In this document: in pieces, positions 51,303-59,347 of the stretch
How the letters are laid out: each line of letters starts with the position of its first letter
Numbering within the stretch: position 1 is the stretch's first letter
DNA from: Acidimicrobiaceae bacterium
GTDB taxonomy: Bacteria > Actinomycetota > Acidimicrobiia > Acidimicrobiales > Aldehydirespiratoraceae
DNA: 59,347 nt
Direction of reading: 5' to 3'
Assembly: GCA_028820455.1 (NCBI GenBank)
Contig: JAPPJC010000001.1
Location: 1 to 59,347 of the forward strand
Position numbers and translations under genes: made by a program
Notes under the pieces: generated by a model
Told to the model about the DNA's origin: nothing
Databases searched by the model: none
What the model saw: only the letters and a program-made list of their open reading frames with translations

Positions 51303-52469
51303 TCAGATATGAGCGGACGCTGTGGCGATGCCCTCTTTTGCGGCTTGAGTCTTGACGTATCGGCGTACTGTAGGATCTGCGAAAGCGACTCTGCCGTGGC
51401 CTACCGAGATGATCAAACCTGCTGTGAGTAGCCGTTTGCGGTAGGTGCTCAGACTGCGGGTGTTGTGGCCCCAACGTGCCCCGATGTCCGCCACTGCGCT
51501 AGTGGCACTGTCGATGAGCATTGACACCAGGAACTTCCTATCGAGATCCGAGAGCTGGTGCCACACCGGACCGTGGACGTGCACGCCGAACTGTTCGCTG
51601 GCGTCTGCCACGGCACGTCTCACCTCTTCGAGGGTCACACCTCGGGTCAAGTCCTCGGTGTCATCCCACATATAGGAACCGATCAGCTGCACAAGGTATG
51701 GCTGGCCCATGGATGCGTCCACAGCGACATTCAGAGCATCATCTTCGATGCGACCGCCTGCCAGCTCAATAGGCTGACGTAGCGCAGTCGCTGCTTCCGA
51801 CGGACGCAGGTTGGTGATCTCGTGCCTGCGGCATCGTTGCAAAAAAGTGCTCGCATCTCCGGAGATCAACCGGTTTTCCAGCTCCGGCAGAGCCGCTCCT
51901 ACGAACGCAACTGGTCGCTGCGCTCGACGCGACACAAGCTGAAAGATGTTGCCGAACTGTCTGATCTCGCTGGTTTCGCTGGCGTGTAACTCATCAATCG
52001 TCACCAGCAACCCGGTGTTGCGCTCTGCAAGGAAATCCCCCAAAGCCGCCAGCGTGTCTTCCAGATCAATAGTAGCACGCTCAGTAGGATCAACAACAGG
52101 AACACGTTCTGTTTGTATACCAACTCCCAGTACTGAAACACCGGTCACAGCACGCTTAGGCGTAGGAGTGTGCTCGTGGCGCAGTGCAGCGAGCAGGCGT
52201 GATATTTTATATGCGATCTGTTCTACCAGACCGCTCCGGCCAACGACTACGGCTGAAACGACCATCCAACCTTGTTCTCTACAACGATTCTCAATCTCAT
52301 TCAACAACACAGTCTTTCCAGTGCCCCTCAGACCCCACAACAACGTGGCGTAGCTGGGGCTTCGAATGCTGTCGAATACCGTGCCGAAGCTGTTGAGAAC
52401 GTCTTGTCTCCCAGCCAACACAGGAGGACTGATACCGAACGAGGGAGAAAAAGGATTGTCAGGCCGCAT
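51303..52469 (-). CDS. AAA-type ATP-binding protein with probable C-terminal wHTH
   Basis: NPFSPSFG..PPVLAGR, GLRGTGKT, LVTIDE, GQPYLVQLIG. Confidence 0.88.
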   Translation of the reverse strand: MRPDNPFSPSFGISPPVLAGRQDVLNSFGTVFDSIRSPSYATLLWGLRGTGKTVLLNEIENRCREQGWMVVSAVVVGRSGLVEQIAYKISRLLAALRHEHTPTPKRAVTGVSVLGVGIQTERVPVVDPTERATIDLEDTLAALGDFLAERNTGLLVTIDELHASETSEIRQFGNIFQLVSRRAQRPVAFVGAALPELENRLISGDASTFLQRCRRHEITNLRPSEAATALRQPIELAGGRIEDDALNVAVDASMGQPYLVQLIGSYMWDDTEDLTRGVTLEEVRRAVADASEQFGVHVHGPVWHQLSDLDRKFLVSMLIDSATSAVADIGARWGHNTRSLSTYRKRLLTAGLIISVGHGRVAFADPTVRRYVKTQAAKEGIATASAHI

Positions 52470-52822
52470 AGCTGTTGTAAAAGCCTCCTAAATGATATAC
52501 GAGAGTCATACCACTGGACGATGTAAAACCGAAGCTCCGTCAATTCTACCAGCACCGATCATACGCCTTGCGGGATATTTGTTTTCTGCGGGATATTTGT
52601 TTTCTGCTGTTCATCGACTGCCTGATCACTCTGTCGCCATTCGAACAGACACAAGATGCTGAAAGCCGACCGGGAGTTAAACGTAATCGCACGTCACAAC
52701 TCACTACAAACGATCTCTCCGAGTGATAGGGCTTAGGCTGTAGATTCGATTCCCCGAAGGTCGTTGTCCTTCGCCGTCGAGCCTCAGCTGCACGAATATC
52801 AGCAATGACTGATAGAATCTCG

Positions 52823-52828
52823 TATAAT
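52823..52828 (+). promoter_or_regulatory. -10 box, probable leaderless promoter
   Basis: TATAAT followed by 6 nt and then ATG 52835. Confidence 0.55.
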
Positions 52829-52834
52829 CTCACC

Positions 52835-53473
52835 ATGAAGTTCACGCCTTCTGATCACTTCGACGCAGGACAACGCTCACTGTCCACAACGACCCGCGAT
52901 GGCCAGCCGATGCGGGTCATTACTGCTTCTCGAACGTTCGATGTTACACCTGAAGAGTTGTGGGACGCGCTTACCATGCCTGAGAGGGTTCAACGTTGGC
53001 TCGGTCCGACGAGTGGGGATTTCAAAGTCGGCGGCCGGTTCGACATCGAGGACAACGCCAGCGGTGACATCCTCACCTGTGACAAGCCAACACTCATCCA
53101 AGTGACCTGGGAATACGACGGAGACACCAGTTGGGTGGACGCAACCCTGACACCGTCCGGGGATGGCACGACCCTCACCGTCAAGCACACCGCTGTGATA
53201 CCACTCGAGTGGTGGGAGCAGTTCGGTGCAGGAGCTGTTGGCATCGGATGGGAAATGGTGCTCATGGGTATAGCCGAACACCTGGCAGCACCGGATGCTC
53301 CACAGCTCAACCCAGCGGACCCCGTCCTTCGCAGCAGGTTCAACGAATTCATGGCCGCGAGCAGCGTTGCATGGGCCGACACTGAGATCGCCGCCGGGGG
53401 TGACCCCGACCAGGCACGAGCCGCTGCTGAGCGCACCCTCGCCTCCTATACCGGCGATAGCTCCGAAACCTAG
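52835..53473 (+). CDS. SRPBCC/AHSA1-like protein
   Basis: ELWDALT.PERVQRWLGP, GAGAVGIGWE; ORF open from 52805. Confidence 0.88.
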   Translation: MKFTPSDHFDAGQRSLSTTTRDGQPMRVITASRTFDVTPEELWDALTMPERVQRWLGPTSGDFKVGGRFDIEDNASGDILTCDKPTLIQVTWEYDGDTSWVDATLTPSGDGTTLTVKHTAVIPLEWWEQFGAGAVGIGWEMVLMGIAEHLAAPDAPQLNPADPVLRSRFNEFMAASSVAWADTEIAAGGDPDQARAAAERTLASYTGDSSET

Positions 53474-53815
53474 TTATGCGTTTCACATAGGTTGTATCCG
53501 ATGGTGGATGCGGAAGTGGCCCTCTTGAGTGCGTTGTGGGTTCTGGCCGCCGGAGGCGGTTTCAGGGCGGGTTGAGAGCCGCTGCCAAGACTCCAGTCGG
53601 GTTCCCGAGACAATGTTGCGCGACAAGAATTCGCAGACACGCTCAACAGAATTGCAGACATCAGCGCAGTGTCTATCGTCCGGTACTGCAAATCAGTGGT
53701 GCTCACGTCTGAGTTTCGTCGAGAAAACACCACAGTGTGGTGATCCGATATCTCGAGCCGTCAAACGCCTGACTAGACGAGCAGTGCTCTACGATAGGCG
53801 GATAGTGTGATATCT

Positions 53816-56800
53816 ATGATTGACATTGTCGAAGCAGACGTTGAGGATGTGACGCTCGACTGGTTGGATGAGCTGGGTTGGCGAATCGTCCATGGCCCGG
53901 AGGTGGCCCCCGACACGGCATCTCTGGAACGTTCCGATTATGCTTCTGTGGTGCTGGCAGCAAGTTTGCGGGATGCGCTGGCACGGCTCAACCCGGATTT
54001 GCCCGGTGAAGCACTGGACGATACTTCCCGGCGGTTGACCCGACTCACGGGTGCCACGTTGGAAGCTCGAAACCGGGCTTTTCACCGCATGGTGGTGGAC
54101 GGTGTGACCGTGGAATACCGCGACAGCAGCGGGCGGATACGGGGAGCGCAGGCTCGGGTGCTGGATTTCGACGATCCTTCCAACAACGACTGGCTGGCTG
54201 TCAACCAGTTCACCGTGGTAGAGGACAAGGTTGAGCGACGCCTCGATGTGGTGCTGTTCGTGAACGGGCTGCCGCTGGGAGTCGTGGAGCTCAAGAATCC
54301 GGCGGATCCCGATGCTACGATCTGGACTGCCTGGCAGCAGCTTCAAACCTACAAGAGTGACCTTCCCACACTGTTCGCGATGAACGCCATGATGGTGGTG
54401 TCCGATGGTGTGGAAGCCCGACTCGGCACGTTGACCGCAGGGCGGGAATGGTTCAAACCTTGGCGTACCATCACCGGCGAGGAACTAGCCGACGAATGGT
54501 TGCCGCAGCTTCAAGTGCTGCTGCAAGGCGTGTGCACTCCCGAACGATTCCTTGAATTAGTCCATGATTTCATCGTGTTCGAAGACGACGGCAGCGGACA
54601 GCTCGACAAGAAGATCGCCGGCTACCACCAGTTCCACGCCGTGCAGGTCGCAGTCGAGGAAACACTGCGCGCAGCGGCATTGCAACGCACCATCAGCAGG
54701 GTTGACAAACCGAGTGATAGCTCAACCGGTGAACCGGACATCCAACCCCACGGTAACCTGATCCGCAAACCGAACGACAGCCCAATCAGCGAATCCCACG
54801 ACCCCACAACCTTCAGCCCGACCGACGAACCCGACAGCAACCCGGGTGGCGAGCCGGGTGATCGGCGTATTGGAGTGGTTTGGCATACTCAGGGGTCGGG
54901 TAAGAGTTTGACTATGGTGTTCTATGCTGGGCGGATCATCCGTGAGCCTGCGATGTCGAACCCTACCGTGGTGCTTCTCACCGACCGCAACGACTTGGAC
55001 GATCAACTTTTCTCCACGTTTTCGCGTTGCGCTGATCTGCTACGCCAGCCGCCGGTGCAAGCCCAGACCCGTGCGCACCTCAGACGGCTTCTCGACAGAG
55101 CTTCTGGCGGTGTCGTGTTCACCACGATCCAGAAGTTCCTACCCGACGATAGAAGCAACAGGCATCCGCTGCTGTCGGAGCGGAGCAACGTCGTCGTGAT
55201 CGCCGATGAGGCTCATCGCAGCCAATACGACTTCGTGGACGGTTTCGCTGCTCATATGCGTGACGCTCTGCCCAATGCTTCTTTCGTGGGGTTCACCGGA
55301 ACTCCCATCGAACTAGCGGACGCTAACACCAGAGCTGTTGTCGGTGACTACATAAGCGTCTACGACATTCAGCGTTCGGTGCAAGATCGAGCGACGGTAC
55401 CGATCTATTATGAGAGTCGTCTCGCTCGCTTGGCTCTCAGCGACGCCCAACGGTCCAGAATCGACCCCGATTTCGAGGAAGCCACCGAGGGCGAGGAGGT
55501 TCAACGCAAGGAGAAGCTGAAAACCAGATGGTCGCAGCTTGAAGCGGTTGTCGGTGCTGAGGGGCGTCTCCGTCAGGTTGCCGATGATATCAGCAGCCAC
55601 TACACAACCCGTTTTGAGGTCATGGAAGGCAAGGCGATGGTGGTTTGCATGAGCAGGCGCATATGCGTGGACCTTTACGACAGACTAGTGAGACTGCATC
55701 CCGACTGGCATCATCTCGATGACGACAAGGGGGAGATCAAGGTGGTTATGACCGGTTCGGCATCGGATCCGCTGGACTGGCAGCCCCACATTCGTAGCAA
55801 ACCCGGGCGTGAAATGCTCGCGAACAGGTTCCGTGATCCGGACGATCCTCTGCGGGTGGTGCTGGTGAGGGACATGTGGCTCACAGGTTTCGACGCTCCT
55901 AGCCTTCACACCATGTACGTGGACAAGCCGATGCGGGGACACGGGCTGATGCAGGCCATAGCCAGGGTCAACCGGGTGTTCCACGACAAGCCTGGTGGTC
56001 TCGTGGTCGACTACATCGGGCTGACCCACGAACTCAAACGGGCACTGGAAACCTACACTGAAAGCGGTGGTCGTGGCAAAACCGCTCTCAATCAGGACGA
56101 AGCGGTGACGGTGATGCGTGAGAAGCACGAGATCTGCCGCGGCCTGTTCTGGGGTTTTGATTGGACAGCGTGGACAGAGGGAGACTCCCAGCAGCGTCTG
56201 GGTCTGCTACCGGCGGCGTTGGAGCACGTACTAGCCCAAGACGACGGATCGGATCGTTGCACAACGGCTGTACGTGGGCTGTCCAAAGCGTTCGCGCTCG
56301 CCGTGCCGAACCCCACAGCACTGGCGATCCGTGACGATGTGGCGTTCTTTCAGACGGTAGCCGCCGCGCTGTCCAAACGCACCGCCGGTGAGGCCCGCCC
56401 CGAAGCCGAACTCAGCCACGCTGTCCGTCAGATCATCTCCAGAGCTGTAACCCCCGAGGGTGTGCTGGACATCTTCGCTGCCGCCGGCCTCGACAAGCCC
56501 GACGTTTCAGTGCTGTCGGAGGAGTTCCTGGCCGAGGTGCGGGGTCTGCCCCAACGCAATCTCGCAGTGGAAGCACTGCGCAGGCTCCTGCGAGATGAGG
56601 TCACCCGACGACGCAAACGCAACATAGTGCAGGCCCGATCCTTCGCGGAACTGCTCGAACGGACGATCCGCCGCTACCAGAACCGCGCCATCGAAGCCGC
56701 CCAAGTGATCGAAGAGCTGATTGTCATAGCACGGGAGCTCCGCGAAGCCGACACTCGAGGTGAACGGCTAAAGCTGTCCGAGGAGGAGCTGGCGTTCTAC

Positions 56801-57055
56801 GACGCGTTGGAAACGAACGACAGTGCTGTGAAAGTCCTCGGTGACGAAACTCTCAGATCCATAGCCTGTGAGCTAGTCGAGACTGTCCGCGAGAACGTCA
56901 CCATCGACTGGACTATGCGTGAGAACGTACGAGCAAACCTCCGCCGTCTCGTTCGCCGCATCCTGCGCCGTCACGACTACCCACCAGACAAGCAGGAGAA
57001 AGCCACCCAAACAGTCCTAGAGCAGGCCGAAGCCCTATCCGCGGCGACTGCTTGA
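53816..57055 (+). CDS. hsdR: type I restriction endonuclease subunit R
   Basis: [13 protein letters not shown] nuclease motif, [36 protein letters not shown]. Confidence 0.96.
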   Translation: MIDIVEADVEDVTLDWLDELGWRIVHGPEVAPDTASLERSDYASVVLAASLRDALARLNPDLPGEALDDTSRRLTRLTGATLEARNRAFHRMVVDGVTVEYRDSSGRIRGAQARVLDFDDPSNNDWLAVNQFTVVEDKVERRLDVVLFVNGLPLGVVELKNPADPDATIWTAWQQLQTYKSDLPTLFAMNAMMVVSDGVEARLGTLTAGREWFKPWRTITGEELADEWLPQLQVLLQGVCTPERFLELVHDFIVFEDDGSGQLDKKIAGYHQFHAVQVAVEETLRAAALQRTISRVDKPSDSSTGEPDIQPHGNLIRKPNDSPISESHDPTTFSPTDEPDSNPGGEPGDRRIGVVWHTQGSGKSLTMVFYAGRIIREPAMSNPTVVLLTDRNDLDDQLFSTFSRCADLLRQPPVQAQTRAHLRRLLDRASGGVVFTTIQKFLPDDRSNRHPLLSERSNVVVIADEAHRSQYDFVDGFAAHMRDALPNASFVGFTGTPIELADANTRAVVGDYISVYDIQRSVQDRATVPIYYESRLARLALSDAQRSRIDPDFEEATEGEEVQRKEKLKTRWSQLEAVVGAEGRLRQVADDISSHYTTRFEVMEGKAMVVCMSRRICVDLYDRLVRLHPDWHHLDDDKGEIKVVMTGSASDPLDWQPHIRSKPGREMLANRFRDPDDPLRVVLVRDMWLTGFDAPSLHTMYVDKPMRGHGLMQAIARVNRVFHDKPGGLVVDYIGLTHELKRALETYTESGGRGKTALNQDEAVTVMREKHEICRGLFWGFDWTAWTEGDSQQRLGLLPAALEHVLAQDDGSDRCTTAVRGLSKAFALAVPNPTALAIRDDVAFFQTVAAALSKRTAGEARPEAELSHAVRQIISRAVTPEGVLDIFAAAGLDKPDVSVLSEEFLAEVRGLPQRNLAVEALRRLLRDEVTRRRKRNIVQARSFAELLERTIRRYQNRAIEAAQVIEELIVIARELREADTRGERLKLSEEELAFYDALETNDSAVKVLGDETLRSIACELVETVRENVTIDWTMRENVRANLRRLVRRILRRHDYPPDKQEKATQTVLEQAEALSAATA

Positions 57056-57136
57056 ACGGTTGGTACGCAACATTGAGTCTAGCATTTACTGCTGATACGC
57101 ACCAGAGCCTGTCAGCGGCGACTGCTTGAACGGTTG
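57041..57136. repeat. direct repeat pair, 74-nt period, covering the hsdR stop
   Basis: gcggcgactgcttgaacggttg at 57041-57062 and 57115-57136, with degenerate similarity extending leftward. Confidence 0.85.
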
Positions 57137-57253
57137 ACCCACAACCGCCGACGCCGAGCGTCCCCAAAATATTCTGTCGGTCGATCCGGTGAATCTTCGA
57201 CCGGTCTTCGGTTTCGTATTGCGTTGGTTGTGTAAGAATGCAATAATGGGTGC

Positions 57254-58930
57254 ATGCCAAAGCGAGATTTGAACAAGACGAAGTCAGCGGCCGTGGGTGA
57301 CGCTGACGCTGATAAGAAGAATGGTGACGCTGATACGCAGGGTGCGGTCACGGGTTATGAGTCGGAGTTGTGGGGTATGGCCGATGCGCTGCGGGGCAGT
57401 ATGGATGCTGCGGTTTATAAGCATGTGGTGCTGGGGTTGATCTTCTTGAAGTACATTTCCGATGCGTTCGAGGAGCGTCGAGCGCAGCTTGTGACTGAGC
57501 AGACTGATGGTGCCGACCCTGAGGATCGTGACGAGTATCTCGCTGAGAACGTGTTCTGGGTGCCTAAGAAGGCTCGTTGGTCGGGTTTGCAGGCAGCAGC
57601 ACGTCAGAGCGATATCGGTGGGATGCTCGATGACGCCATGGACGCGATTGAGCGTGACAATCCCGTGCTCGCCGGGGTGCTGCCCAAGAATTATGCCCGT
57701 CCCGAGTTGGACAAAGTACGGTTGGGTCAGTTGATTGACATGGTCGGCAACATCCGGGTGGGTGACAGCGAGGCCCGTTCCAAGGATGTGCTGGGACGGG
57801 TGTATGAGTATTTCTTGTCGCAGTTCGCTAGTGCTGAGGGTAAACGGGGTGGCGAGTTCTACACGCCTCGTTGTGTGGTGAAGCTACTGGTGGAAATGAT
57901 AGAGCCTTACAACGGCAGGGTGTACGACCCGTGCTGTGGATCGGCGGGCATGTTCGTGCAGTCGGTGGAGTTCATCCGCGCCCACGCCACCGGCAACGGT
58001 AACGGAGGCAGGCTCCCGGCCGGTGCGCAAGCTGATATCTCTATTTACGGTCAGGAGTCGAATTACACGACATGGCGACTGGCTAAGATGAATCTGGCGA
58101 TCCGGGGTATTGAGGGGCAGATCGCGCACGGTGACACGTTCCACAATGATCTCCATCCCGACCTGAGGGCGGATTTCATTTTGGCGAACCCGCCGTTCAA
58201 TGTGAAAGACTGGGGCGGGGAGCGTTTGGAGGACGACAAGCGTTGGCAGTTCGGAGTGCCACCGGCGCGCAATGCTAACTTCGCGTGGGTGCAACATATG
58301 GTGCACCACTTGTCACCGAAGGGTCTAGCAGGGTTCGTGTTGGCCAACGGTTCGATGTCGTCGAAGCAGTCCGGTGAAGGGGAGATCCGTAAGAACCTGA
58401 TCGAAGCCGACTTGGTGGACTGCATGGTGGCTCTGCCTGGCCAGTTGTTCTATTCCACGCAGATACCAGCTTGCTTGTGGTTTGTGGCGCGGGGTCGTGT
58501 GGGGGCCGTTGCAGGTGGTGGTCGTGTGGGCGCCCGGTTCCGTGACCGCAGGGGTGAGTTGTTGTTCATAGACGCCCGCAAACTCGGCCATATGGTGGAT
58601 CGCACTCACCGGGAGTTCAGCGATGACGACATTGCGCGCATAGCCGACACCTATCACGCCTGGCGGGGCTCCAGTGACGGGCAGTACGAGGATGTCCCCG
58701 GTTTCTGCAAGAGTGCCACGTTGGATGAGATCCGGAAACACGACTACGTGTTAACACCCGGTCGTTACGTGGGAGTGGAACCCGAAGAAGAAGACGACGA
58801 ACCGTTCGAAGACAAGATGCGCCGCCTGACAGCCCAGTGGCGAGAACAACAAACAGAAGCAGCAAGACTGGACGCTGAGATCGAGAAGAACTTCGAGATG
58901 CTGGGCTTCGGAAGAGACGGCGTGTCATGA
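57254..58930 (+). CDS. hsdM: type I restriction-modification methyltransferase subunit M
   Basis: [29 protein letters not shown]. Confidence 0.96.
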   Translation: MPKRDLNKTKSAAVGDADADKKNGDADTQGAVTGYESELWGMADALRGSMDAAVYKHVVLGLIFLKYISDAFEERRAQLVTEQTDGADPEDRDEYLAENVFWVPKKARWSGLQAAARQSDIGGMLDDAMDAIERDNPVLAGVLPKNYARPELDKVRLGQLIDMVGNIRVGDSEARSKDVLGRVYEYFLSQFASAEGKRGGEFYTPRCVVKLLVEMIEPYNGRVYDPCCGSAGMFVQSVEFIRAHATGNGNGGRLPAGAQADISIYGQESNYTTWRLAKMNLAIRGIEGQIAHGDTFHNDLHPDLRADFILANPPFNVKDWGGERLEDDKRWQFGVPPARNANFAWVQHMVHHLSPKGLAGFVLANGSMSSKQSGEGEIRKNLIEADLVDCMVALPGQLFYSTQIPACLWFVARGRVGAVAGGGRVGARFRDRRGELLFIDARKLGHMVDRTHREFSDDDIARIADTYHAWRGSSDGQYEDVPGFCKSATLDEIRKHDYVLTPGRYVGVEPEEEDDEPFEDKMRRLTAQWREQQTEAARLDAEIEKNFEMLGFGRDGVS

Positions 58931-59205
58931 AATTCAACCATAGAACAAGCCGAAACCCTGTCTACGGCAACCGTCTGAACGGCTAGCCCACAACTACCGA
59001 CAGCACACTTCCCCCTTTACCTTACCTTTTTACGTGTTTTTGGTGTTAGTGGCATATTCAGGTGTTTGCCGTGTCGGGTGTTGAAGAATGCTGATATCAT
59101 ATATAATTAAATAAAACAACTAGACCTAGACTGAAGTCAAAAGGAGAAGACAGTTCCAGACTCCAGACACCGATTAAATGGAGTAGTCAGGGCTGTTATA
59201 CGATC

Positions 59206-59347
59206 ATGACCACACCTACCCCCATCACTACGTTTGAGGATGACGTCACTGAACTCAAAACAGGTCAAGCCCGATTAGAAAATGACGTCTCCGAACTCAA
59301 AACAGGTCAAGCCCGATTAGAAAATGACGTCTCCGAACTCAAAACAG
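59206..59347 (+). CDS. 5' part of a coiled-coil tandem-repeat protein (runs off the window)
   Basis: ATG 59206: MTTPTPITTFEDDVT then ELKTGQARLENDVS repeats; 42-nt perfect tandem unit; no stop before the window end. Confidence 0.7.
   Translation, partial: MTTPTPITTFEDDVTELKTGQARLENDVSELKTGQARLENDVSELKT

Noticed and set aside
347-57136. MITE/REP family or IS footprints as the cause of the paired repeats
   Set aside because: Neither repeats nor inserts are shared between loci, no terminal inverted repeats are seen, and the duplications are much longer than typical IS target duplications.
347-57136. Pure assembly artefact as the cause of the paired repeats
   Set aside because: Several pairs carry mismatches, those within CDSs keep frame, and genes stay intact, which suggests selection. 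A read check is still needed.
1-59347. tRNA, rRNA, tmRNA, SRP RNA or riboswitch
   Set aside because: None recognised by eye; a covariance-model search would be needed to exclude them.

Overview
This looks like a chromosomal segment of an actinobacterium, most likely Acidimicrobiia (inferred from gene order and protein style). It carries a DUF222/HNH gene, then the housekeeping run DAK2-recG-rsmD-coaD-yceD-rpmF-plsX-acpP-rnc-fpg-like-htrA-ftsY-ffh-rpsP-khpA-rimM-trmD-rplS-yraN, and two glycosylation genes. Next is a ferredoxin/cytochrome b/Rieske/diheme cytochrome c cluster that runs into a partial complex I operon (nuoA-D, fused nuoEF, nuoG, nuoH). A histidine kinase and mrp/erpA follow, then a GC-richer accessory block (ISL3 remnant, AAA ATPase, SRPBCC, type I hsdR-hsdM with no hsdS). 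The most striking signal is not a gene. About 20 unrelated loci share one geometry: a direct duplication of local sequence (mostly 30-46 bp) flanking a unique insert, with copy-to-copy spacing almost always 70-75 nt. They lie in intergenic DNA, across start/stop codons, or in frame (72 nt) inside proteins, and one intergenic region has grown into a multi-unit array. This matches what genome-wide off-target CRISPR spacer integration (Cas1-Cas2) would leave, but no cas genes are in the window, so the mechanism is inference. No rRNA, tRNA or canonical CRISPR array was recognised. All repeats were found by eye.
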